NCBI GenBank assembly: GCA_024613925.1
Contig: GCA_024613925.1_4713.1
Reading direction: 5' to 3' (one strand)
DNA: 64,000 bases
Source of the DNA: a phage
The notes beneath the pieces are model-generated. The model had not been told where the DNA came from. It saw only the letters and a program-made list of their open reading frames with translations, and did no database searches. This document shows, piece after piece, positions 10,595-20,648 of this stretch (the stretch's first letter is position 1; the number at the start of each line of letters is the position of its first letter). The position numbers and the translations under genes are program-made.

Positions 10595-13500
10595 TTATCT
10601 TACGTTATTGCTATTCTGCTGTTCGCTGAACCAACCGTACACCTTGAGATCGGTACCGTATTTCAATGCGATATACGCATTGAGCGCAGCACAGAACAAA
10701 GACGCGAATGCCCATATCAGCGAAGGATCAACATCTTCCGTTACCACCGGGAGAGTATTATCCGGTTCCCACGATGGAGAACCGTCCATGAACGTCGTGT
10801 ACCATTCCCGCCGTTGTTCTTCGGTGGTAAAGTCGCTATGGGGTTCCAATGCTTCTTTTGCCAAACGTCGATATTCGAACATATGCGTTGCTAAAGCCGA
10901 TGAGTTACCAGATTCGCCTTCATAGTTCGGATCCACCGCATAACAGAGTTCTGTTGAATCTAACAAAGCAACCGCCTGTGTGATGCTGTCGGCAGTGCCT
11001 GCACCATAGAGCTCGATAGACTGCGAAAGCTTCTCACAGAACGCATTTAACGCGGCAGGATTGGACACCTGAAGGTCAAGGCCTAATGTCCACGGATAGT
11101 TACTGAACACACCCGTAAACCGCGGCATGACACCCAACAGATGTTGTCCGATTACGGCACGGTTATAAACAGCCCGGTTATAGACTTGAAACGCAGCCTC
11201 CAAGGCTTGGTTATAATGACGACGAAGTTCGTCACGCGAGTTGCGGAATCTGTTTGCCGCAAGACTCGTGGCTGCGACGCTACAAACATCGTAATTGGTG
11301 GACGAGAGCACAGTTTCGTTAAGATCGAACGATTCCTGTTTCAACGATCCGCTAACCGCTGCTGCTTCGCTGTTTGCTTTATCGACAACTGTACTCAAAG
11401 CGTTGATGTAACGTTTCGCTCGGACTTCCAACCATTGTGCAATGCCGAGAATATCCACCGCAGCTTTAGCAAGATCGCGTGCATTCACGATTTCGTTCTT
11501 CAACGCCCCTAAACCTTTATTCTCAGGCGAAGAGGCTTGTTGACGAATCATGCTGTTCAACATGGTAAGCAGATTATCCAACTCATGTCCACTGACCTTG
11601 TTACGCGCATCGGTAATCGGCCCTTGCAGGAATTTACGGCAACCGTCGTTGTATCGAATCAGTTTATCCACATCGATCGATTCGTTCGTAGATTCCTTGA
11701 ACTGATCCTTCAATTCTTCACGGTAGTCATGGATTTCACTTGCGAGATTATCGATAGTGATACCGTTATGTCCAAGAAGAACTTTATTGAAGCTACCTTT
11801 CTCGAATGCAAGAGCAAGACCTTCACGAATCTTAGCGAGTTTATCCTGATCGAGTTCACGACCGTTCGATAGCTCTTTCACTTCCGAGCTGATTAGTGCC
11901 GCAACGTTACCCAGATTGTCGGTAACCCCTTTGAACGCTCCCGACCAGATCGTTCCTGCTTCAGCATATTTCGCAATGGTCTGAATACCGACGGTGTGCA
12001 GCGACGCTAAACGTTTCTTCGTGCCTTCGGTAAGCAGTGCGTCTTTAGCTCGCGTAAGTTGACTGTTATTAGCTTCCGCCTGCTGAATCGCCGCTTTCGC
12101 ACTTCCATTACGCCAGCTCTTAACCAACCAATCAACCAAACGTTTTAAGATGTTGACGGTGTATTCCATCGTCCGCCGTAACGTTTCCCACGCGCTTTCT
12201 GCGGTATAGATGCCGTACCCTTCCATCTTCAACGCTTTCAAGCTTGTTTGACGTGCCAACCATTCTACCGTTGCAGAACAAACGTTTACTAATGCTTCCA
12301 GGTAGTTGTAATAGACGTCTGTTGCGGCCGTTTCGTTGAGCTTTGAATGCAGATAAAACTGATCGTAAAGTTCGTCGTCATCGCCGAAGGCATCGTAGTT
12401 CCACAGCTCAGTATCGCAGCCTGTGCCGCAGAAGACGTCTGCTGTTGTAAACTCTTTAAGCGCTTTAGCCGCATCATTCGTCAGGAATTTACCTGTTTCA
12501 ACTACATCATCGACGTTAAGCTTGGGGAGTTCATCAGTAACTGGCTCTTGCAACATTAACGTGTTGAAGAATGCGTTGTACTTGTATCCGAGCCATTTTG
12601 GATAACTGCTTTCAGGTATCGTAGACAACGGCTTGATTTTCTTGGCTTCAGCCAGCGTGTCTTTTGCAACCTGATATTGGTTTTCCCCGGCCTTGATACG
12701 ACGTAATGCTTTTTCTTCCAACTGCTGGAGTTTGGCATGCCGTGCTTGTGCGGGAGCTTCAACAAGTTTTTGTACCGACCGCACTGCAGAAATCGCTTCT
12801 TTTAATACGATCATCGGCATACGAACTTTGCCGTCGTCAAAACTAAGAGCCCGAGCGACACGCTTACTTACGACAGGTTTGTCGTGGATATTTCGTTCCA
12901 CCCACGATTTGTTTGCGTAAGTTTGGGTGAGCTGCTGCTGGATATTTTCAAGGTATTTCCAGCTTTTGGACGCTTTGCTATCCAAAAGCGGATTCGGTCC
13001 CTTCTTATCGAAAAGTTTCAGAATCGGATCAAAGAAACCTTCCTGTACGAGATCGATACACGTGTAACCATCAGCCGCTTCGATTTCCTCTTGGGTTTTA
13101 TCCCAGAGTTGTTCACTGTGTACCGCACGAGCTGTTTCTGATACGGACATAATAACTTCAGTGACAACCTCAGCGTAAGACAATACTGCCCGCACCCACT
13201 CTACCAACATACGCTGATAGATAACACGTTGACATTGACAACGTGTGATGATGGCGAGATAACTTACGCTGTCGAGTTGTTCATTCGTACGAACATCCTC
13301 AACTTGTTCAATTAGTTGTTTAACTAACTGTGCTGTCTCTGGGTAATCGTGGACGACGTCGCGAATAACTTGCGAAGCATACACTGCGGTACCAAGGGCG
13401 AGATGGAGTTTGGTTGCATCCCACTCTTTTTCTGCTGTTGCCGGATTGTTCGGTATTAGGTAACCGATATCGTCGAAATATGGCTTAATAACATCGATAT

Positions 13501-14191
13501 TAGTCTTACTCTTAGTCGGTATCAGCGTATCATCAATGTTGCTTTGGTCTGGTGTTAATGCTAGCATACCCTTGAGAATTTGAGTATCAGCAGCGTATAA
13601 CGAAGTTAATGCTTCAGTTACGTCAGCGAGATCGATAATAGGCGACCATACCTTCAAGAGTTTACTTTCGTATTTCTCAATCGCGATTTCGATATCTTCC
13701 TTTACATCGGGATGATCGATAAGACGACCTACCGTCTGTTGTATCTCGGCAAATCGGTTGACATGATTTTGAGTCAATGCGGTAAAATCGTCAACGTACG
13801 ACGCATTGTCTTCAAGACGCGTAAGTTCCTGCTCCAGAAGATCTTTTACTTGCGTGGCGGATGCGTTTCTCAACTGTTCCCCGATAATCGCGATGGCTTT
13901 ATCGACAACACGGCAGGCTTCATTGAAACCGGTTGTTGAAGGTAACTCGGTCCATAATGCCAGCGGCTTACCTTCCATTGCGTCAGGAAGGGAATATGAC
14001 AACATTGCTAGTTGTTGACGTGATACCTGTTTGTCACGATGTAACGTTTCTTTCAACGCCAGAAGCTCATCAAGACCCACACTGCTAGGGATCGTGGGAT
14101 GTGATACGGCGTTGATATTTTCTGTCAATGACTCAAGAACCAATAAACCATTTTCAGCGGAAGATAACCCTGCTTTAAGGTATTTGTTCAT
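10595..14191 (-). CDS. Giant alpha-helical protein (1198 aa), virion or ejection protein candidate
   Basis: Long ORF, helix-rich composition, no catalytic motif recognised. Confidence 0.6.
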   Translation of the reverse strand: MNKYLKAGLSSAENGLLVLESLTENINAVSHPTIPSSVGLDELLALKETLHRDKQVSRQQLAMLSYSLPDAMEGKPLALWTELPSTTGFNEACRVVDKAIAIIGEQLRNASATQVKDLLEQELTRLEDNASYVDDFTALTQNHVNRFAEIQQTVGRLIDHPDVKEDIEIAIEKYESKLLKVWSPIIDLADVTEALTSLYAADTQILKGMLALTPDQSNIDDTLIPTKSKTNIDVIKPYFDDIGYLIPNNPATAEKEWDATKLHLALGTAVYASQVIRDVVHDYPETAQLVKQLIEQVEDVRTNEQLDSVSYLAIITRCQCQRVIYQRMLVEWVRAVLSYAEVVTEVIMSVSETARAVHSEQLWDKTQEEIEAADGYTCIDLVQEGFFDPILKLFDKKGPNPLLDSKASKSWKYLENIQQQLTQTYANKSWVERNIHDKPVVSKRVARALSFDDGKVRMPMIVLKEAISAVRSVQKLVEAPAQARHAKLQQLEEKALRRIKAGENQYQVAKDTLAEAKKIKPLSTIPESSYPKWLGYKYNAFFNTLMLQEPVTDELPKLNVDDVVETGKFLTNDAAKALKEFTTADVFCGTGCDTELWNYDAFGDDDELYDQFYLHSKLNETAATDVYYNYLEALVNVCSATVEWLARQTSLKALKMEGYGIYTAESAWETLRRTMEYTVNILKRLVDWLVKSWRNGSAKAAIQQAEANNSQLTRAKDALLTEGTKKRLASLHTVGIQTIAKYAEAGTIWSGAFKGVTDNLGNVAALISSEVKELSNGRELDQDKLAKIREGLALAFEKGSFNKVLLGHNGITIDNLASEIHDYREELKDQFKESTNESIDVDKLIRYNDGCRKFLQGPITDARNKVSGHELDNLLTMLNSMIRQQASSPENKGLGALKNEIVNARDLAKAAVDILGIAQWLEVRAKRYINALSTVVDKANSEAAAVSGSLKQESFDLNETVLSSTNYDVCSVAATSLAANRFRNSRDELRRHYNQALEAAFQVYNRAVYNRAVIGQHLLGVMPRFTGVFSNYPWTLGLDLQVSNPAALNAFCEKLSQSIELYGAGTADSITQAVALLDSTELCYAVDPNYEGESGNSSALATHMFEYRRLAKEALEPHSDFTTEEQRREWYTTFMDGSPSWEPDNTLPVVTEDVDPSLIWAFASLFCAALNAYIALKYGTDLKVYGWFSEQQNSNNVR

Positions 14192-14207
14192 AAAACACTC
14201 CGTTGAC

Positions 14208-14237
14208 CTAGGTGGAGGCCAATAACCTCCACCTAGG
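14208..14237 (-). terminator. Perfect palindromic hairpin between the two giant genes
   Basis: CCTAGGTGGAGG ccaataa CCTCCACCTAGG, 12-bp stem. Confidence 0.35.
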
Positions 14238-14272
14238 GTTGAACAACGCGTACGGTTATACGGTACGCACGA

Positions 14273-17068
14273 TTACGCTAATTTACCGAAACCGGCTTTC
14301 TGTAGTTTCTCGTTGATCAGTTTTGCTTCCGCGAAAACATAATCACGATACGCAGTAACTAATCCGTCCACCCGTGAGCGCAAGGCTTCTTCGAAGCTAT
14401 ACCACGCAGCGATTTCACGAATCTGTGCGTTGATATAATCAACGGTTGAGTGAAGCTCGGTTGCGTTTTCTTGCGGGATGGCTTTCACCTGGCGAGCAAC
14501 GTCATTTAAACGACGGAACTGTGTTTCGATTTCTTTAAACTTACTGTCGGCAAGTTTGCTGAATTCATCACCGGAACGGGTAAATAACAGATAGCTGTTG
14601 CCGTCAAGTGCGGTCGCTAACTGCTGAAGTACGTTGGTGTCCGGATACACTGGGGTACCGCTTTGCAGTACTTTCTCACCGAATTCCGCGAAGTCCTTCG
14701 GTGGTAAGTGCGCAGACGTTGTCAACTCGTTGAAACGGAAAGTCAGCGAATTATCATACAGCATCCGGTACGCTTCCATACCCTGTTTCATGGTACCAGC
14801 CAGGTTAGCCAGACGCGGAGCAATCTCGCCTTCTTTAGCGCGTTTCTGGTCTTCTAACGCCCCTTCGAGTTCTTTACACTGGTCGTTCAGATACACGATA
14901 CGATCGGGACGCAGACGACGCATCTCACGAAGAATAGTATCCAGCTTACCTTCCTGGAAATAACCTAACGTTAAAGACGTACACGCTTGCTGAAGACGAT
15001 CGAACACCGGTAAGGTTACCATCTCTTTACGGATACCATCAACAATCGCAGAAACAGCCGAAAGTTTCTGTTCGGTAGTTAATGGAACGTCAGAGACCGA
15101 CTTACTCGGCGCACCAACAACGTTACGCATTGCGTCGGTATCCTCGGTTTTATCAACCTCTTTACGAACATGCTCGTCAGGAACATAAACGTTCGCGTTA
15201 CGTTTCGCCTGCTTGATAGCATCGCTGGCCGCTTTTTCGGTGGCAGCTACGCTATCGGTACGTTTCTTCAAGAGTTCGATAATCCAGAGCAACAGACGAC
15301 GAATCGCGGTATAGGCCGTCGTGATGATGACGCCGATAACAGCCATCTTCATGATACCGAACGATTCCATGGTCGGCTCTAACGCCTGGTCTGGCATATA
15401 CCGTTCACGTAGCTCGAGATAGATCTGCTCGTCCGGTTTGCTGATCTCACCACGATGCGATGTCCGATAGATAGCTTCATCAATTTCAACAAGATCTTTG
15501 CGTGCCTGACGGTCTGTTTCGGTCAAATAAGCGCAGCCGGATACGTCGTCTTCAAAACTTTCGAACTTAAAGAAATCGACAACCATCTTGGCAAGCGTCT
15601 CTTTCTTAGCAGGGTCGAATGTCTTCGCATTTTCTTTTATTTCCTTGAATTTCTCTTTATAGTCATTCAAGGGTTTTACCGCCCTTGTCTTCAACGCGTT
15701 ATAGATAGTTTTCCAACTTTCTTCACGTTCTAAGATAAGGAAGTAATTTTTGAGTTCAAAAGCACGATAACGTGCAACGAGCTGCTCCACCTGAATGTGG
15801 GCGAGCTGGATATCCATTAACCAACGCGACATCGCCGAGATCAAACGGCTATAAGCGAACAACGTTTGGTAGGTTAACTTCATGTATGTTTCATACAGCT
15901 CAATATCGCCGCTCTGAATATTGGCCGTTGGATTCATTTCCTTCGTTGCTTTGAAAACTTGCTCTGCTTCTTTCAAGGTCTTCTCGAACTTAACCTCGTT
16001 GAAAGCAGTGAATGGCTCAGCCAACTCGTGCATTTTATCATGAAGCTCGCGTACCCATTCTTCCTTGTTGTTGCGAATACTGATGTCGTCATGAAGCTCG
16101 GTTTGATGTTTTCGTACCCATTCTTCCACGATATCGGCTGCGGAAACAATCGGGACGCGATCTGAAATGAGTGGGACGATCGCGTGAAGCGCCCCGACAC
16201 ATTCTGGTGTGTCCCAGTATTTTTGGAGTTCATCACGGAAACGGTTGATGTTTTCTAAGGTGGTACCTAAATCAAGGAAAGTACCGCCATTATGACTCAT
16301 TTGTGCAACCAGATCGGCAAATACCTTTTGTTTTTCGATGACAAAAGGAACCATCTGCATAAGCCACTCAGCGGTTGCTTTAGCCTTTTCTTTCAGGTTC
16401 TTATCGGCGATTTCTTTGAGGTTAATCGCACTACCGTATCCGGCCAGTTCTTTGTAAATATCACTAAGTGTCATCTCTTTATCCAACATTTCTTTGAAAC
16501 GTGGATAATCCGCACCTAACGCGTCGATGACTTCTTGGATGACGTCGTCTGTGGTAGCGATAAATTTATTTGTGCCGCCGTAATGTTTCCAGATTTTCTG
16601 TAGCATCTTCTTAAAGAATTCGAAGACGAATGTCCAGATACGCTTGATGAGTTCCCAGACTTTCTTCGCGCCATCAACAAACAGTTTAGAGACCTTAGCA
16701 ACGAATCCTTCCTGCACCAACTCAACGCCGTTACGTGACGGGATTTCCGTGAAGAAAGCATCCGGCAGTTGTTTCGGGAACGCGTCACCAAGACGCATAC
16801 GCAGTTCGGGTACATCAGCGCGAGAAATACCGCGTGTCGTTAGTTGCTCGTGAAGACGAACGTTTTCTTCACCAGAGGCTACGAATTCGTTAACATCGAA
16901 GGACACCATTGCTTCCTGATCTTCGGTGGTAACGACGCTTGAACCATCGCTGGTTTGGATGTCTTCGTCAGGGAATGCCATGAGCATACCGTGACGCATT
17001 TCAACCACCCCGTAATCGGTTGCTAAACCGAATTCGTTATGATCGGGGGTAATAACTGGGATACTCAT
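14273..17068 (-). CDS. Giant alpha-helical protein (931 aa)
   Basis: Long ORF; 4-bp overlap with upstream gene 17065..17505. Confidence 0.6.
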   Translation of the reverse strand: MSIPVITPDHNEFGLATDYGVVEMRHGMLMAFPDEDIQTSDGSSVVTTEDQEAMVSFDVNEFVASGEENVRLHEQLTTRGISRADVPELRMRLGDAFPKQLPDAFFTEIPSRNGVELVQEGFVAKVSKLFVDGAKKVWELIKRIWTFVFEFFKKMLQKIWKHYGGTNKFIATTDDVIQEVIDALGADYPRFKEMLDKEMTLSDIYKELAGYGSAINLKEIADKNLKEKAKATAEWLMQMVPFVIEKQKVFADLVAQMSHNGGTFLDLGTTLENINRFRDELQKYWDTPECVGALHAIVPLISDRVPIVSAADIVEEWVRKHQTELHDDISIRNNKEEWVRELHDKMHELAEPFTAFNEVKFEKTLKEAEQVFKATKEMNPTANIQSGDIELYETYMKLTYQTLFAYSRLISAMSRWLMDIQLAHIQVEQLVARYRAFELKNYFLILEREESWKTIYNALKTRAVKPLNDYKEKFKEIKENAKTFDPAKKETLAKMVVDFFKFESFEDDVSGCAYLTETDRQARKDLVEIDEAIYRTSHRGEISKPDEQIYLELRERYMPDQALEPTMESFGIMKMAVIGVIITTAYTAIRRLLLWIIELLKKRTDSVAATEKAASDAIKQAKRNANVYVPDEHVRKEVDKTEDTDAMRNVVGAPSKSVSDVPLTTEQKLSAVSAIVDGIRKEMVTLPVFDRLQQACTSLTLGYFQEGKLDTILREMRRLRPDRIVYLNDQCKELEGALEDQKRAKEGEIAPRLANLAGTMKQGMEAYRMLYDNSLTFRFNELTTSAHLPPKDFAEFGEKVLQSGTPVYPDTNVLQQLATALDGNSYLLFTRSGDEFSKLADSKFKEIETQFRRLNDVARQVKAIPQENATELHSTVDYINAQIREIAAWYSFEEALRSRVDGLVTAYRDYVFAEAKLINEKLQKAGFGKLA

Positions 17069-17505
17069 GCATTCTCTCCTTGCAGTGCGTTAGCGAAAGC
17101 CGTTGCGAGTTGCGCAACCAGCTTAGGATCAACACCTTCGATAACGTCGGGCAGTCCTGCGGTTTCTTGGTCACGAACAGCGGAGGCTAATAACAACATG
17201 GTTTCAGGTGCTGTCGGCTCGTGCACCATGCGGTAACGCAAGCACCAGAAATAGCGAGCGACGTCTAACGCGTCAGCTAACCCGATAACCAGTACCTTGT
17301 TCAGCTTATCCAGCCCTTCACGGATTTTAGGGAGATGTTCACGAACGAAGATGCTATCCGCAGTCAGATCTTCTTTTTCAGCGAATACTGGCATGCTGTA
17401 ACCGGCGATGTAACCTGCGGCAATACTTAATGCACGGGTCTGTTGTTCGGCCGGGAAGTCACGTACCAGGTCTTTCAGCTGAACGGCGAAATCAGAAATA
17501 TTCAT
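17065..17505 (-). CDS. Hypothetical protein
   Basis: 146-aa ORF, translationally coupled to downstream gene. Confidence 0.5.
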   Translation of the reverse strand: MNISDFAVQLKDLVRDFPAEQQTRALSIAAGYIAGYSMPVFAEKEDLTADSIFVREHLPKIREGLDKLNKVLVIGLADALDVARYFWCLRYRMVHEPTAPETMLLLASAVRDQETAGLPDVIEGVDPKLVAQLATAFANALQGENA

Positions 17506-17538
17506 GTTAAATTCCTTTATAGTAGAAGGTGAATTAGG

Positions 17539-18858
17539 TTACGCGACGACAGAGTCGAGTTTCGCTGACACTTTGAACAGATCGTTGTTGATAACCGTAG
17601 ACAGTGTTTTCTGAACCTGCTCCTGCTTCACGGCTTGATGAACGTCAGGACGCAATGCGATGGTAATGAGCTCCATAATGGTACGATTATCGTTGAGAGT
17701 TTTCAAGATCTTGTCGATTTCCTTTATTGCGTCTAATGTCGATACGCGGATATCCTGAGGCAAATCGCGATCTTTAAGACGCCCAACCAACTCTTGTTTT
17801 AATTTCGCAACACGATCCTTATCACTGGTATACGTGGAATAGGTGAAGTCATACTGCGTTATTGTTTTCAGGTTGACGAAAAGAGCCACCGTGCCCATTG
17901 TACCCAGGAATGGGTTAATTAACGATAAACCGGCGATTGCACTAATAACTGACAATGAACATATGGCATATTGCGCCCAAACACTAACGCGATCCCTTAC
18001 TGATATTCTTCCGAAGTGTTTATACATCTTCGCTAGTGTGTCTGCCATTGCAGCCCCACCACCATGACGGGTGACGAATTGATCAGCAGCAAATTCCGCT
18101 GAGGTATCAGAATACCGTCCGGTATGCGTTGCGACACGTGCCTGTTCTTCTTTATTGCTTATATACACGGTATACCAAGTGGCAACATCGCTTGATTCCG
18201 CAATGGCGTTGACATCAACCGTTGTGCCCATCGCATCGTTTAATGATTTCGCGAGAGTGATCTTTTTCTCTTTATCCGTTGTTTGCAGTAGTTCGCGTGC
18301 GACGGTTGCGAGAGAAAAATCGGTCTTAGCGGATTCGGCGATAAATTCCAGGAAAGTAAAAGCATGCCCAACCTCGTGCATGATAAGCGCTGCTTTGTTT
18401 TCTGGAATAAATTCCGTGGTACGAATAAATCCGTCGGTTACTAATACACGGATAGTGATTTTCTCGAATGCGCCTTTCACCCTACCGTTGACAAGATCGA
18501 CCACACCGACGACTTCGTCGATGTTTTTGCTTAACTGTTTAAAGTCGCTGTTTCGGTAGAACTGTTTACGCCATTCCTCAATAAGCACGTTGTTTTTTGT
18601 AATATCCGGAGTAATACAGAAACAGTTAACTTCACTCATGTTCGGTATTACTTCTGTCTGGATAGTCAACCCAGTGTATTTGCGTATTAAATCGGTTAAT
18701 ATTTTACCACCGATATATTTTACCTTTTCCTCATAGCTGGTAAGATTATCCATTGTTTTGAAGAACTCGGTCATTTCCTTGAACATGGAACCATCTTGAA
18801 ACTTGATGGCCTCCATCGTTAATTCGTCATGACCATACACGCGTTGTAGTAATGACAT
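17539..18858 (-). CDS. Putative Zn-metallopeptidase (HEXXH) with hydrophobic C-terminal segment
   Basis: ALIMHEVGHAF contains HEXXH; hydrophobic stretch WAQYAICSLSVISAIAGLSLINPFLGTMGTVALFV. Confidence 0.55.
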   Translation of the reverse strand: MSLLQRVYGHDELTMEAIKFQDGSMFKEMTEFFKTMDNLTSYEEKVKYIGGKILTDLIRKYTGLTIQTEVIPNMSEVNCFCITPDITKNNVLIEEWRKQFYRNSDFKQLSKNIDEVVGVVDLVNGRVKGAFEKITIRVLVTDGFIRTTEFIPENKAALIMHEVGHAFTFLEFIAESAKTDFSLATVARELLQTTDKEKKITLAKSLNDAMGTTVDVNAIAESSDVATWYTVYISNKEEQARVATHTGRYSDTSAEFAADQFVTRHGGGAAMADTLAKMYKHFGRISVRDRVSVWAQYAICSLSVISAIAGLSLINPFLGTMGTVALFVNLKTITQYDFTYSTYTSDKDRVAKLKQELVGRLKDRDLPQDIRVSTLDAIKEIDKILKTLNDNRTIMELITIALRPDVHQAVKQEQVQKTLSTVINNDLFKVSAKLDSVVA

Positions 18859-19080
18859 ATTACACTCTCTAAATTCACGTAAATTTAAGGGTTAATGGAT
18901 CGGCTGGCCGCACCAATCACAATGTGTTCGTTGCTATGCAACGGCATTCATAGAAATACCTTTTGACGGTAACATCACCTTTCACACCCCAAGCGATAAG
19001 AGTGGTCGGTTAAAAACAACAGAACGTGGGGATGATATAGAAAATCACCTTTTTAACACTTATTACGAGTTTATCAAGCC

Positions 19081-20580
19081 ATGAGCGAACAAGAACGAAA
19101 ACCTAAGAAGAAACTGCTCGGTATTCAATGTCGACACATCAGCTATAACGAAGCGAACGATGGCAGCAAGAACGACCTCATGATCGCAAAAGAGATCATG
19201 TTCTTTGATGATAATACGCAAGCGACGAACCTTCGCTTCTTCGAGAATTACAAACGTCCGTTTTGGGTGACGGTAGAGAGTAAACGCAAGAACAAATATA
19301 AAAAGGAAAGCGAGAAGCTATCGCATGTGCGTCGCTACGATGTCCGTCAAAGTGAACTGGTTGAAAAGATCAGTTCGGTGCTTTATAAAAGACGTGCTGA
19401 TGATAACACCCGTTTACAACAGCTTGCACGGAGTCCCTACCTCTATGGCACGGACGTTAGCGCCAGCTGTTATTTAAAAACCCAATACAATACAAAATGG
19501 CCGGAATACGTCGATAAATTACCTGCTTCCATTGCCTGTTTCGATATCGAAACCGACGTTGTCCACGGGCACGGTAAGATCGTCTGTATGTCTATTACAA
19601 TGGGATACAATGCGATACTTTGCTATACCAAGGACTTCGTTGGTCATATTCCGAATGCGATTGAGAAAACCCATGAGAAGATTCGATATTACCTGGCCGA
19701 ACGTCTGAACACCAAAGAAGATCCGCACGCATTTGAAAAATACCAATACGATGTTCGAATCGTAGAAAGTCCAGCACAAGCGGTCATCCAATGCATGCAG
19801 AAGGTTCACGAATGGCAACCGGATTATCTCCTTGGCTGGAATATCGCGTTCGATATTCCGCGTATGCTCCAGGCACTGAACGAGGAAGGGTATCGTCCCG
19901 AGGATGTTTTCTCCGATCCTCGTGTACCACCTAAATACCGTATTGCTCGCTGGGTGCCACCGAAGACCGACAAGGTATCTGCTTCAGGTCGTAAAACCAA
20001 CCTTACCCTTGAGCAAACCTGGCCGATGTTTTATACGATGGCCACGTATCAGGTTATGGATGCGATGTGTGGTTATAAGTTCGTTCGTTTAGGAAGACCG
20101 GATGAGGGACGCTATTCACTCGATGCGGTATTAGAGCGAAATAAATGCCATACGAAATTAAAAGCAATTCCTGGTACAGAAGGGTTCACAGAGCTCGCCT
20201 GGCACGAAGAGATGCAAACGAACCATCAAATCGACTACGGCGTATATAACCTTTGGGATAACCAAGGCATCGAGGCGTTGGACCAGAAAACAAAAGACTA
20301 TTCGATGACCATCCCTATTCGTTTGGCGGCGTCGGATTTGAAAGATTTCAGTTCTAACCCTAAACGTATCTGCGATAAACTTTTCTTCGTTTATCTTAAC
20401 CGTGGGGAAGTCATGGGATGCACCGCCGACGATATGACTCAGGAAGAAGATAAGTGGGTTATCTCACGAACCGGACATATCGTCACATTACCATGCGATC
20501 TCATGGCGGACAACGGCATTCATCTCTTCTGGGATATGCCGAACCTGAGAAGTTATATTCGATTATTTGTTGCGGATTAA
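19081..20580 (+). CDS. Family-B (T4 gp43-like) DNA polymerase N-terminal plus 3'-5' exonuclease fragment
   Basis: Exo I CFDIETD, Exo II GWNIAFDIP (cf. T4 GWNIEGFDVPYI), Exo III block NHQIDYGVYNLWD (cf. T4 NHQRYISYNIIDV); GHIVTLP then FWD at residue 485 resembles the pre-motif-A region; ORF stops before any fingers, motif B/C or thumb. Confidence 0.7.
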   Translation: MSEQERKPKKKLLGIQCRHISYNEANDGSKNDLMIAKEIMFFDDNTQATNLRFFENYKRPFWVTVESKRKNKYKKESEKLSHVRRYDVRQSELVEKISSVLYKRRADDNTRLQQLARSPYLYGTDVSASCYLKTQYNTKWPEYVDKLPASIACFDIETDVVHGHGKIVCMSITMGYNAILCYTKDFVGHIPNAIEKTHEKIRYYLAERLNTKEDPHAFEKYQYDVRIVESPAQAVIQCMQKVHEWQPDYLLGWNIAFDIPRMLQALNEEGYRPEDVFSDPRVPPKYRIARWVPPKTDKVSASGRKTNLTLEQTWPMFYTMATYQVMDAMCGYKFVRLGRPDEGRYSLDAVLERNKCHTKLKAIPGTEGFTELAWHEEMQTNHQIDYGVYNLWDNQGIEALDQKTKDYSMTIPIRLAASDLKDFSSNPKRICDKLFFVYLNRGEVMGCTADDMTQEEDKWVISRTGHIVTLPCDLMADNGIHLFWDMPNLRSYIRLFVAD

Positions 20581-20648
20581 GAAATAAATCGGTTAAGTAT
20601 TACTACTCTGTTCGATGGTTATGGGATAACCAAATGGAGTAGTCATGC

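Noticed and set aside
18859-19080. Divergent promoter region between the metallopeptidase gene and the polymerase gene
   Set aside because: TTGACG and GATAAG-like hexamers are present but spacing is off (about 26 nt); no confident promoter call
20533-20580. Exon-1 tail FWDMPNLRSYIRLFVAD as the polymerase motif A
   Set aside because: Fit to DxxSLYPS is weak and the ORF stops 10 residues later; the start-less frame after the intron (LDISSSYPNG) matches better, so this tail may be intronic. Unresolved; RNA data needed
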